Shown: positions 1 to 9,704 of the stretch, one piece after another | Layout: each line of letters starts with the position of its first letter | How positions within the stretch are numbered: the first letter of the stretch is position 1 | Origin: an uncultured Candidatus Rokubacteria bacterium | GTDB lineage: Bacteria > Methylomirabilota > Methylomirabilia > Rokubacteriales > CSP1-6 | NCBI GenBank assembly: GCA_963754315.1 | Contig: CAVWFS010000007.1 | Location: forward strand, 480,001 to 544,000 | Length of the DNA: 64,000 nucleotides | Direction of reading: 5' to 3' | Made by a program: the position numbers and the translations under genes | Notes under the pieces: model-generated | The model's input: the letters and a program-made list of their open reading frames with translations, nothing else | What the model was told of the DNA's origin: nothing | Databases searched by the model: none

Positions 1-285
1 CTGGCCGCTCTCCACGACGAAGGACGCCCGGGTCGATACTGGCGACGACTGCGCCAGAACCGTGTCGACCACCCGATAGTCGGTCCGCCAGCGACTGGTG
101 TCCACCTCGCAGCGCACGTAGCCACGAAAGGCACCATCGAAGAACTTGACGTGGGCGTTGGAGGGGTGGGCCAGCGCGGCCTGGATGGCGGCGATGAACT
201 GGGGCGGGAAGTCCGAGCTGATGGAGGTGCCCACAAACTCGGTGGCCACCACCGGCGAGGTCGGATCGGCGAAGTCGGTCTTCAG
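1..285 (-). pseudogene. phoD: C-terminal remnant of alkaline phosphatase D (PhoD family), runs off the window edge
   Basis: Manual translation of the minus strand gives [24 protein letters not shown]...NAHVKFFDGAFRGYVRCEVDTSRWRTDYRVVDTV...STRASFVVESG, the typical PhoD C-terminus. The N-terminal part is absent; the SDR gene lies directly upstream. Not in the ORF track. Confidence 0.7.
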
Positions 286-1142
286 CGACCGGTGATGGCG
301 CTGGACCTCGGCGGGTCCGTTCGGCAGAGGGACAGAGCTCGATGGCATTGGACTGTCGGGACAGTGCCACCATCGATCACGTACTCGCTCCCATGGATTG
401 CTGCCGCCCGGTCGGACACCAGAAAGGCGACCAGCTCGGCGACCTCGTCCGGGCGGCCGGGACGGCCGATCGGAATGCCGCCGAGCGAGTCCATGAGGCC
501 TTGCCGGGCGGTGACCGCGTCTACGCCACGTTCCGCGGCGATGCGTACGATCAGACGGTGCGCGGCCTCCGTCTCGATGAACCCCGGGGCCACCGAGTTC
601 ACGCGGACGCCCTTCGGACCGACTTCCTTCGCCAGCCCCTTACTGTATGTCGTCAACGCTGCCTTGGCGGCGGCATACGCGAGAGTCGCCTCGAACAGGG
701 GGAGGCGGCGTTGGATGGATGAGATATGGACGATGACGCCCGCGCCCCGGCTCAACATCGCGGGCAGGAACGCCCGATCGAGACGAACAGCGGCCAGTAG
801 ATTCGTGTCAAGCTCTCGCTGCCACTCCTCGTCCGTCAGCGCGGCGAAGCCGCCGCTCGGAGCGGACGAGCCGCCGACGTTGTTGACGATGATGTCAAGA
901 CCGTCGAACGCCTCGATCACCGAGCGGACGACGTCCCTGACCCCGTCGGGCGTGCTGAGGTCGGCTTGGATGAACAGGGCGGGAGCCTGCCCGTCAGGCA
1001 ACTTAGAGCGGGCGGTCGTCGCGACCCGTGCGCCGCCGGCCGCGAGGCGCCGTGCGATGGCCTCGCCCATGCCCTGCGTCCCACCTGTCACGAGGACCCG
1101 CTTGCCGGTGAACTCAGTTGGATCGAGCGAGAAGTGTGACAT
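282..1142 (-). CDS. Short-chain dehydrogenase/reductase (SDR family oxidoreductase)
   Basis: TGGTQGMG cofactor motif, NNVG, YAAAK catalytic motif, [11 protein letters not shown] at 1142 with a GCAGGAGGT RBS. The C-terminus is extended past the usual GGTVPTV end. Confidence 0.9.
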   Translation of the reverse strand: MSHFSLDPTEFTGKRVLVTGGTQGMGEAIARRLAAGGARVATTARSKLPDGQAPALFIQADLSTPDGVRDVVRSVIEAFDGLDIIVNNVGGSSAPSGGFAALTDEEWQRELDTNLLAAVRLDRAFLPAMLSRGAGVIVHISSIQRRLPLFEATLAYAAAKAALTTYSKGLAKEVGPKGVRVNSVAPGFIETEAAHRLIVRIAAERGVDAVTARQGLMDSLGGIPIGRPGRPDEVAELVAFLVSDRAAAIHGSEYVIDGGTVPTVQCHRALSLCRTDPPRSSAITGR

Positions 1143-1439
1143 GAGCGCACCTCCTGCGCGACTGCCGGGGTTACCCATGAGCGTTGGCGCGCTTGGTACG
1201 GCCTGATATCGGCTGGGTTGGGCACCGATTTGGCACCAATCGCCGCCGCACTGGTACAAGGCGTAGCGCAGTGATCGGATGCCGGGGAACTGCTCCCGCG
1301 TAAGTGAGGTCGTGCTGCGCTTCTGCGCCGCCCGGAACGAAGGGCCTTCGGAAGTCTCATGACTGTCACCGGCCGTTTTCGCCGAGGTCAGGCCTGTCCC
1401 CCCGGTGTGCCCAGGCGTGGCTCTCTCATACGTCTCAAC

Positions 1440-1691
1440 TCAGCACAGCGGGCTCAGAGCTCCAAGGCGGGCTCGAGCTCCAGGAAGGACAAGGGAGGAC
1501 GAGACGACGAGGCATACCGCACTCACCCTGTGTGCGCCGGGTGAGGGACGCCTTCCTGCGAGGTTATGAGGAGGAGTCTCGGGGAGCCTGGCCCGTCGAG
1601 CGCGTACCCTCTCATGCCATCGGTGGGTCCAGACGAACAGAGCTGCAGCCACGGGAATCGACGATGCCAGGGCCACGAACCACGGGTCCAT
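1440..1691 (-). CDS. Small hypothetical membrane protein
   Basis: MDPWFVALASSIPVAAALFVW hydrophobic N-terminus and AGGAGG RBS upstream of the ATG at 1691. Confidence 0.4.
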   Translation of the reverse strand: MDPWFVALASSIPVAAALFVWTHRWHERVRARRARLPETPPHNLAGRRPSPGAHRVSAVCLVVSSSLVLPGARARLGALSPLC

Positions 1692-1992
1692 GCAAAGCCT
1701 CCTAGCTGTAGGACGAGTGGACAGAGGGTCGCTGTTCACTCGCGTGCGACGACGATAAGAGGCAGGAGCATCCTGGGTGCCATCGCGGAACAGCCCAAAA
1801 ATTCCGCGACTTACGATTCCCAATCGAGAAACGATCGGCATCGTGCCTCCGCCAGCGGAAAAATGCCCGGCGAGATCGGATTTCATCGATCACTCGCGCG
1901 GGTGAATGAGCTGCGCGCGCATGCTGAGCGTCATGGCCGGCACGCGCTAGAAGCCAGGAGATCCCGTCAGCGTGCGTGGCAACGCGCCGGAC

Positions 1993-3621
1993 TTAGAGGC
2001 CGGAGGCGTCGACGAGATCCGCGAGATCGTTGACGTTGACCCAGCCGCCGCGCGCTGTACACGACGCTGACCGGGCGCCCGCGTGCCACGACGCGGGTCA
2101 AGAGATCGCGAGAGCCGCGCCTCCGGAGCGTTCCGTCGGCGCGGGCCTCCGCGATGGCCTCCCGCAGCCACGCGCGCGCCGTCGTCGCCAAGGTGGAGAA
2201 GGCCGATCCAGACGCCATGGCTCTCCGCCGGGAGAGACGGCGTCGCCGATGCGGCGGAGGTCGAACCGCCTCGAAGCTGAAGCGCCCGGCGTCGGGCCGA
2301 TCGCCCATGACACGGTCGGGCTCGTCCGGCCGGCCGGCGAGCATGGAATCGACCGAGAGCGTGATGCCGGCTCGCCCGCCTCTTCCAGGAGCGCCTGCAC
2401 GATGTGGCGCTTGAGCACGATATCGCCAAAGGCCACGAGGGTGCCGGGCGCGAGGGCCTCTCGGCCAGTGCCAGCGACCATGCCTCGCCCGTCGTTGCCG
2501 AAGTCGGCGTTGTCGACGAACGCGCGCCCGGGACCTCGATCGCCTCCGCCCGGTAGCCGCGCACGACGGTGACCGCGTTCGGCAGCCGAAGTGCGCGAAA
2601 TCGTCGAGCAGGCGGGCGAGGATCGGCCGGCCCTGAACCTTCAGCATCGCTTTGGGCACCGCCGCGGTGAGTCCCGCGAAACCCGTCGCCGGCGCCGGCG
2701 GCGAGGACGATCGCCGACAGCGCGACGTCGCGCGCGGCGGGCAGATAGCGGTGCTCGGCCTGCCTCAGCTCGTCGTCGCCCTGCAGGCGGAAGACCTCGT
2801 GGCAGCGGCGCGACCTGCGGCTCGACGTCGATCAGCGATCTCGCTCGACGTGGCAGCCGGCGGGCCGTCGCCTGCATGGCGCGAGATCGCCGCGCGCAGC
2901 AGGTGGTTGGCCCAGATCGACCACGCTCACACCGGCGCGCGCGGAAACTCCGCGGTCGGCGTGCGCCAGTACTTGGTCGGCACGAGCACGAGCGGCGCCG
3001 CGGCTCGCCCACTCGGCGAGGAAGGCGAAGATCTCGGCCGCGGCTCGACTGGCGGCTGTGGATCAGGATCGCGTCGGCGCCGGCCCGGTGATACGCCTCG
3101 GCCCGCCGGAGGGCCTCGTCGAGGCCCCAGCCGGCGATGAGTGCCTCGACGCGGGCGACCAGCACGAAGTCGGGATCGGCCTGGCTGTCCTTGCCCGCCT
3201 TGATCTTGCCGCAGAACTCGTCGATGTCGGCGAGCGGCTGCTGCTCGCCCCGCAGGAACGAGTTGGTCTTGGGGAAGAGCTTGTCCTCGATGGTGACGCC
3301 GGCCACGCCGACCTGCTCGAGCTTGCGCACGAGGCGGCGCATGTTGTTGAAGTTGCCGTAGCCGGTGTCGCCGTCGAGCAGGATCGGGGATCGGCGTCGC
3401 GTCCGCCATGAAGCGCGACCTGGTCGAGCACCTGCGTCCAGGAGAGCTCGTTGTTGTCGCGCACGCCGAACGCGGCCGACATCGTGAGGCCGCTGGCCCA
3501 GATGCCCTCGAAGCCGGCCTCCTCGACGATGCGCGCCGACAAGCCGTTGTGGGCCTCCATGAGGAACGCGATCTCGGGCCGGGTCACGAGCTGACGCAGG
3601 CGCGGTGGTCCGGCGTGTCAT
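1993..3621 (-). CDS. aepX: Phosphoenolpyruvate phosphomutase fused to a C-terminal NTP-transferase-like domain (multiply frameshifted)
   Basis: Pieces across frames: [36 protein letters not shown], the [13 protein letters not shown]-mutase signature, VPTKYW, then [20 protein letters not shown] and [11 protein letters not shown] (stop at 1993). The start overlaps the aepZ stop. Confidence 0.85.
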
Positions 3622-4712
3622 GCCGCCCCCAGCTCCTCGAGGCAGCTCGCGAACGCGCTCACCACCTTGTCCATGTCAGCCGGGGTAAGCGTCCCGATGT
3701 TCGAGACGCGGAACGCATAGGTGCGGATCGCTCCCTGACCACCATAGATCACATAGCCGCGCTGTTTCATCGCGTCGTGCAGCGCGTCGTAGGTCACGGC
3801 AGCTGGCAGCCGGAACGTGGTGAGGATATTCGAGCGGGCTTGCGCAGGGACGAGGATCTCGAAGCCGAGCCGCGTCATGCCTTGCCGCAGCACGCGCGCA
3901 TTCTCCGCGTATCGTCTGATCCGGTCGCCACACCTTGGCTCCTCAAGCTCGACCAGGGCCTGCTCGAGGGCGTGCATGACCTGTACGGCCGGCGTGAACG
4001 GCGTATTGTCCGCTTCCTGAGCGACCCAGTGTGTGTACAGATCGAGGTACACGCTACGAGGCTCGCGGTCGCGCAGGGCTTCGAGCGCCGACCGCCGTGC
4101 CAGCACGAAGGCCACCCCGGGAATGGCCTGGACACACTTGGCCGCGCTGGCCGTCACAAAGTCGATGCCCTCATCCGAGATCTCGAGCGGCTCACCGAAG
4201 AGGGAGGAGGTCGCGTCCACGATGAGGCGGCGACCGTGGCGGGCAACCACCGCCGCCACCGCGGCCAGCGGGTTCAATAATCCGGTGGTCGTCTCATGAT
4301 GGACGAGTGCCACATGGCTGACGTCAAGATGCTGAGCCAGGACCGCGTCCACTGCCGCCGGCTCGATGGGTGTGGTCACGTCACGAGAGATGAGGTGAAC
4401 GGGAATCCGATGCGCCCGAGCGATGCGGGCCATCCGGTCACCATACACGCCGTTGTCGACGACCAGGAGGGCTCCCTCGGGCGGCACCGCCGAGGCGAGG
4501 ACGGCTTCGACGCTCGCCGTCCCCGAGCCGTTCAGGAGCACGGCGCTGAACAGATCACCGCCACCGGCAAGGCGGACCAGGCGATCGCGGATACTCCGCA
4601 CCATGTCAAAGCACTCGGGCTCGCGGTGGCAGAGGTCGGGCATCAGCAGAGCATGGCGCACGGTCTTGCTGGTGTTGGCCGGACCGGGATTCAGCAGAAC
4701 CCACTCGCGCAT
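3618..4712 (-). CDS. aepZ: 2-aminoethylphosphonate aminotransferase (class V PLP enzyme, PhnW/AepZ family)
   Basis: [46 protein letters not shown] lysine, TPFTPAV. Lies between the PEP mutase and the decarboxylase. Confidence 0.9.
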   Translation of the reverse strand: MREWVLLNPGPANTSKTVRHALLMPDLCHREPECFDMVRSIRDRLVRLAGGGDLFSAVLLNGSGTASVEAVLASAVPPEGALLVVDNGVYGDRMARIARAHRIPVHLISRDVTTPIEPAAVDAVLAQHLDVSHVALVHHETTTGLLNPLAAVAAVVARHGRRLIVDATSSLFGEPLEISDEGIDFVTASAAKCVQAIPGVAFVLARRSALEALRDREPRSVYLDLYTHWVAQEADNTPFTPAVQVMHALEQALVELEEPRCGDRIRRYAENARVLRQGMTRLGFEILVPAQARSNILTTFRLPAAVTYDALHDAMKQRGYVIYGGQGAIRTYAFRVSNIGTLTPADMDKVVSAFASCLEELGAA

Positions 4713-4716
4713 AGAC

Positions 4717-5858
4717 TCAGCTCGTGGTGATGCTCGCCCGGAACCGATCGCGGATCGCGGGGGGGGCGTACGGTATGCGGGGCACGGCTGCCTCGTCCGC
4801 CGTCACCTTGACGAGGATGAAGTGGGGTCCACGTCTATCGAGCGCCGACCGCACGGCCGCCCCGAGCTCGTCCGTTCCCGTGACCGCTACCACCGTCGCG
4901 TAGCCGGCAGCGGCAGCCAGCCGATCCAGACGAACCTGGCGCGAGGGCGAGCGCTGATTGCCGGTCGAGCCATATACCTCGTTGTCGAAGACGCAGTGTA
5001 CGAAGTTGGCCGGACGGAGCCCGCCCACCTGGGCCAGTCCCCCGAGGTTCATGAGGACGTTGCCATCCCCGTCGGCAATGACTACCGGCACCCGCGGACG
5101 GGCCAGCGCGAGGCCGAGCCCGATGGCAGCGGCAAGACCCATCGAGCCGATCATGTAGAAGTTCTGCGGACGATCGCCGAGGAGAACGACTCACGGCACA
5201 CGTAGCCGTTGGCGTGGATCAGGGGCTCCGGGCCAAGCTCCTTCACCACCGCCCCCAGCGCCGCCAAACGCGAGACGTGAGGGGGGCCGAGAGTGTGCTC
5301 CGTCTCGGTTCCCGTCGCCGAGGGCATCGGCGTCGACCCTGTCGACAGGGCCCGATGCGCGTGACCAGCCTCGACCACCCCCGGCGGCACGATTAGGGCG
5401 ACAGGCTGCATCCGCGCGTCCATCTGCGACGCCGCCCACACGAGATCCGTCTCGAGCGAGGCTCCGCCGACAATCCGATAAGGAATGCCGAGAAGCGCGA
5501 GCAATCCAGGCGAGATCGCGCCCATCAGGATGTGTTCGGGCGCATCCTGGCCGCCATACCCACGCCAGGTCACCACCAGCAGCGAGGGGACCCCATACAT
5601 GAGGGCAAGCGAGGCGAGGGCGTTGAGGCTCGTCCCGAGCCCGGAGTTCTGCATGAGAATCGCCGGGCGCTTGCCACCGAACCAGGCTCCCACGGCGAGA
5701 CCGACCGCAACGTCCTCCCGCACGGCGGCGATGTAGGGAAGGCGCGGATGGTCTTCGAGGACGGCGATCAAATCCTCGATGAGCGAGCACGGAACCCCGG
5801 TGAAGAAGTCGAAGCCGTTGCGCTCGAGCAGTTCCGCAAACGCCGCGCCCGAAACCAT
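4717..5858 (-). CDS. aepY: Phosphonopyruvate decarboxylase (ThDP-dependent; alpha and beta regions, frameshift near 5175)
   Basis: FFTGVPCS, MQNSGLG, DAPEH, then (DRPQNFY)MIGSMG and the DGDGNVLMNLG ThDP motif, split over two frames. Context with PEP mutase favours phosphonopyruvate over sulfopyruvate decarboxylase. Confidence 0.85.
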
Positions 5859-5869
5859 CGCCCCAGAGT

Positions 5870-6745
5870 CTAGCGAACTCCGAGACCGTGCGCGAGAAAG
5901 TGTTGCGCCGCTCGGGCCGGTCGATGCTCTAGGGATCGTGGCGAAGCCCGGTCAGGCTTCCACCGCACCGGTCCCAGGATCCCGTCAGCAATTCGCACGT
6001 GGGCGGTGCGAGCCGGGAGCCGGCAGAGGAGCTCGAGCTCACCGTCCTCGTGCTCTACCAGCGCTGTGCAGCTCTCCACCCAGTCGCCCGTGTTGCAGTA
6101 GAGCACTCGCCCCACTGAGCGCATCTCCGCCCGGTGGATATGGCCGCACACGATGCCATCCAGCCCCCGACGCCCCGCCTCTACGGCCAACGCGTGCTCG
6201 AAGTCCGCCACGAAGCTGACCGCACTCTTGACCTTGCCCTTGACGTAAGCGGACAAGCTCCAGTAGCCGAAGCCGAGGGCGCGGCGCGCGTGGTTGAACC
6301 AACGATTGAGGACGAGCAGCCGGTCGTAGCTGAAGTCGCCCAGCTTGGCAAGCCATCGATGATACTGCGTGATACCGTCGAACTCGTCGCCGTGCAGAAC
6401 GAGCAGCAGCCGCCCGTCGACTGTGCGATGAACCGCCTCCCGGGTGACCATGATGTTCCCGAGTTGCGTATCGCAGAAGCGGCGGAGGTACTCGTCGTGG
6501 TTGCCCGGCACGAAGGTCACCAGGGTCCCCGCCCTCGCCTTCGAGAGCACGGTTCGGATGACGTCGCTATGGATCTGAGGCCAATGGGGGGCGCGCTTGA
6601 GCCGCCAGAAATCGATGATGTCACCGACCAGGTACAGGAACTCGCAGTCGTGACCGTCGAGGAACTCCAGCAGCTCGCGCGCCTTGCAGTCGCGCGTGCC
6701 GAGGTGGGTGTCACTGACCCAGATCGTGCGATAGTGTGGGCGCAC
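5870..6745 (-). CDS. plcP: LpxH-like metallophosphoesterase, probably PlcP-type phospholipase C
   Basis: RTIWVSDTHLG, LVGDIID, PGNHDE, HGDEFD, CGHIH, YCNTGDWVESCTAL. It shares an operon with a GT4 enzyme, as in plcP-agt loci. Confidence 0.75.
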   Translation of the reverse strand: MRPHYRTIWVSDTHLGTRDCKARELLEFLDGHDCEFLYLVGDIIDFWRLKRAPHWPQIHSDVIRTVLSKARAGTLVTFVPGNHDEYLRRFCDTQLGNIMVTREAVHRTVDGRLLLVLHGDEFDGITQYHRWLAKLGDFSYDRLLVLNRWFNHARRALGFGYWSLSAYVKGKVKSAVSFVADFEHALAVEAGRRGLDGIVCGHIHRAEMRSVGRVLYCNTGDWVESCTALVEHEDGELELLCRLPARTAHVRIADGILGPVRWKPDRASPRSLEHRPARAAQHFLAHGLGVR

Positions 6746-7442
6746 GCTCGCCTCCTGTCGGCCGCCGCTTTCTCGCGGCGCCTGTGATGACGTCGGACCA
6801 AAGCCATGCCGCGCGCCAGCCCGCGGGCGAGGCGGCTCGCCGCCCCGAGTATGCTCGGATGATGCGCGCGCGCCGGGGCTCTGAGGCGTCGGGACGCTTC
6901 GTCGACGTTCCCTCCAGCCAAGCTCCGGCCAGGTAATAGACGGTCTGCAGGATGGGCAACAGATGCCAGTCGGCCCCCGGGTATCGCAGAACCACGAACA
7001 CGCCCCAGATCGTCAGAACGGTGCCGACGTATTGGGGGTGGGACAGCACCGAGAAGGGGAACGAATCGCACCAGGGCACGTCGTACCCCAATCGATCGCC
7101 ATAGAAGACGCCGGCCCGGCCCAACCGGAGGAACACGCTCCACACGAGTAGTTGCCCGATGACGATGGCGAAGCCGGCCCCCGCCAGGGCCAGGTGGGAG
7201 TGGAGAGCCGGTACCCAGGGGCCGCTGCCGTGCACGTAGCACCACCCGAGGAACACGGACGCCTGGAGAAGCTTGAATGCGTAGAAGAGCTTCTGCACGA
7301 CGACGATCGGCTCCCCGAGGGTGGCTACCCAGGGACGTGCACACCACCGGCGAAAAGCCTGGGGCGCCCGGGCGATGCCCACGTAGCAGGCGCGCTCCAG
7401 GCTCAGCAGGGCGCCGGCGACGAGGAAGGTCACCAAGGTCAT
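6711..7442 (-). CDS. PEMT/PEM2-family phospholipid N-methyltransferase (plant PLMT-like)
   Basis: Multi-TM protein with GQLLVWSVFLRLGRAGVFYGDRLGYDVPWCDSFPFSVLSHPQYVG, resembling the PLMT GxYYGxRxGxxIPWxxxFPF...PQYVG motif. Confidence 0.75.
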   Translation of the reverse strand: MTLVTFLVAGALLSLERACYVGIARAPQAFRRWCARPWVATLGEPIVVVQKLFYAFKLLQASVFLGWCYVHGSGPWVPALHSHLALAGAGFAIVIGQLLVWSVFLRLGRAGVFYGDRLGYDVPWCDSFPFSVLSHPQYVGTVLTIWGVFVVLRYPGADWHLLPILQTVYYLAGAWLEGTSTKRPDASEPRRARIIRAYSGRRAASPAGWRAAWLWSDVITGAARKRRPTGGERAPTLSHDLGQ

Positions 7443-7484
7443 CGCCGGACCCTCGCGTCTTGCACCGCCACCGGGTGCCCGCGC

Positions 7485-9704
7485 TCAGACGTGCCGCAGG
7501 TAGCGGGGCGAATAGGCGATGATGTCGGTGACGGGATCCGTGAGAAGTTTGATGAACCACACCAAGGCTAGCCGGATCCCGTGGGTCCACACGAGATAGA
7601 CGATCCGGCCCCCCACCACTGCCGCCGTCCACCAAAACCACGCCCAGGCCACGACCGGGGCTCTGGCCGTGAGCGTGTCGACCGTCCAGGCGTCGGCCGA
7701 CGCCAGGAAGGCGACGGGGATCAGCAGATAGGTGCCGAGGATGAGGGTCTTGTTGCGGGTGTTGTAGCCGAGCAATACGGCTTCCTTGTCGTGGCAGGGA
7801 GGTTCGAGGATGGCGTGGCCGAACTGCCGAAGGAGGAGAGCGGCCGAGCCCGCCCACATGGCAGTGGTGAGATCCCAGAAGGCCAGAACGTAGCACCCGA
7901 TGAACACACTGGAGCTGACGATGTGAAACAGCTGATTGACCACATTACTGTGGGAGGCATGATGATCGTCTTTCTTCCGCCGCATCACCTCGGCGTAGAA
8001 GCTCTGCAGGGGCCGAGGCACCCGCACCACACTGCCCAACACGTCGCGTACGAGACGCACTCGCATGGCTCTCTCCCTTCCTGGATGTTCCTCCGCGCTC
8101 AGCCACCATCCATCGGCCTTCATCTTGTGGGCCGCTCCCACCAGCGCCGCCTGCAAGCTGTCGTAGTCCTTGTCGGTGAAGTCCATGCTGGCCAGGCAGC
8201 GACCGGTGCCGACCCAGCTGAGGGTCACCCCTTCCGCCCGCAGGTAGTACTGCAGTAGCCAGTTGTAGCGGCCGGGCTCCGTGAAGAGGACTGTCCAGAT
8301 CGTGGCCAGATGCACCACCCGCACTGGCAACTCGGCATCCACCAGCCGCCGATTGGTCGCCTGCACCCACTGGGTGCATCGCTCGTTCATCTCTTCGTAC
8401 CGGGACCGGGTGCACGACTCCATCACCCAGCGTAGGAACTCGTTCATGGCGCCCATCACGACGGGATGCGCGGAAAAGGTTCCGATCACATAGGCGACCC
8501 GTAACGGACGCTCGGGGTCGAAACGGCTCATGAGAGCCTTCTTCCCGCACACCACCCCGATGGGCATGCCGCCCGCCACCGTCTTGCCGTACACGACCAT
8601 GTCGGCCGACACGCCGAAGTACTCTTGGGCGCCCCCCGGGGCGAGACGAAAGCCCGTGTAAACCTCGTCGAAGATGAGGGGGATGCCGGCCTCGTCGCAG
8701 ACGGCGCGCAGCTGGCTCAGCCACTGCGCGTAATGGCGAGAACCCTCCCCCGTTTTGCGAGCGGTACTCGTGAGGAGCACGGCATCGTTGGGCGGGGGTG
8801 TGTTCGGATGAAACGACTGCACGGGGTTGACGAGAACCCCGGCGATCTCGCGGGCCCGCCGCCGGATCACCGCCAGCGAGGAAGGATGGAGATCTTTGAG
8901 GGTGAGACAGTCGTCGAGCGGACGCTCGCTTCCGAGCCCCGGTTGCACCCCGTCCCACCAACCGTGATAGGCCCCCGAGAAGCACACGATCAGCCGGCGG
9001 CGGGTGTTGAAGCGCGCCAGCCGGACGGCGGCCATGACCGCCTCGGTGCCGCTCATGTGGAACGACACCTCGTCGAGTTTTGACACCGATCGCAGCATGG
9101 CAACGTTTTCGGCCACCAGCGGGTGGAGGGGGCCGAGCACCGGCCCGAGGTCGCGCACTCGCTCCAGGCCTTTCGCCATCCAGTCCTTGTAACGATCAAA
9201 GCCGGCCACGTTCAGACCATAGGAGCCGCTCACGTCGAGGGTCCAATGCCCGTCGAGGTCCAGGAGTCTCGGCCCGTCCGACTCCGTCACCACCGAGCAC
9301 AGGTTGAAGTGCTCCCGCATGAAACGCACGAAGGGAAACGGCACTCGGTTGGTGTCGGTGAAACGCAGATCGGAGAAGCTGTCGCGGATGGCGTCGCCCC
9401 ACGCCCGGGACCGGCCATACTCGGCCCGGAAGAATTCGGCCAACCGCGCCATCCCCTGCCGGCGGTGCTCGATCCACGGCTCACCGGCCCCGTCGGCGCC
9501 AAAGAACGCCTCGTCCGAATACGACCGTGTCTTCACCCAGTGAGCGAGGCGACGGGCGAGCGCTGGCGTCCACGCTTGCGCCGGCAAGGTCAAGAGCCGG
9601 ACGAAGAGCCGCCGCCCGCCCCAGATCGCCATCGTGACGAGCACGAGCCCACAGGCCGCCAGCGTCCAGCCCTCGAATCGCTGCCAAGTGTCAGTGACCC
9701 ACAT
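7485..9704 (-). CDS. Class III aminotransferase-fold (GSA aminomutase-like) protein with an N-terminal TM and a C-terminal Mpo1/DUF962-like membrane domain
   Basis: SGTEAVMAAVRLAR, GAYHGW, IFDEVYTGFR, YGKTVAGGMPIG PLP lysine, GTFSAHP. C-terminal HHASHSNVVNQLFH...RQFGHAILE membrane domain. Confidence 0.8.
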   Translation of the reverse strand: MWVTDTWQRFEGWTLAACGLVLVTMAIWGGRRLFVRLLTLPAQAWTPALARRLAHWVKTRSYSDEAFFGADGAGEPWIEHRRQGMARLAEFFRAEYGRSRAWGDAIRDSFSDLRFTDTNRVPFPFVRFMREHFNLCSVVTESDGPRLLDLDGHWTLDVSGSYGLNVAGFDRYKDWMAKGLERVRDLGPVLGPLHPLVAENVAMLRSVSKLDEVSFHMSGTEAVMAAVRLARFNTRRRLIVCFSGAYHGWWDGVQPGLGSERPLDDCLTLKDLHPSSLAVIRRRAREIAGVLVNPVQSFHPNTPPPNDAVLLTSTARKTGEGSRHYAQWLSQLRAVCDEAGIPLIFDEVYTGFRLAPGGAQEYFGVSADMVVYGKTVAGGMPIGVVCGKKALMSRFDPERPLRVAYVIGTFSAHPVVMGAMNEFLRWVMESCTRSRYEEMNERCTQWVQATNRRLVDAELPVRVVHLATIWTVLFTEPGRYNWLLQYYLRAEGVTLSWVGTGRCLASMDFTDKDYDSLQAALVGAAHKMKADGWWLSAEEHPGRERAMRVRLVRDVLGSVVRVPRPLQSFYAEVMRRKKDDHHASHSNVVNQLFHIVSSSVFIGCYVLAFWDLTTAMWAGSAALLLRQFGHAILEPPCHDKEAVLLGYNTRNKTLILGTYLLIPVAFLASADAWTVDTLTARAPVVAWAWFWWTAAVVGGRIVYLVWTHGIRLALVWFIKLLTDPVTDIIAYSPRYLRHV

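Noticed and set aside
1220..1241. GGCACC 11-bp direct repeat / sigma54-like site
   Set aside because: The sigma54 orientation points to no gene, and two short repeats are insufficient evidence.
4717..5858. Sulfopyruvate decarboxylase (comDE) for coenzyme M
   Set aside because: The adjacent PEP mutase and AEP transaminase indicate phosphonate biosynthesis.
7485..9704. hemL assignment
   Set aside because: Extra membrane domains and the lipid-operon context argue against it, and no other tetrapyrrole genes are present.
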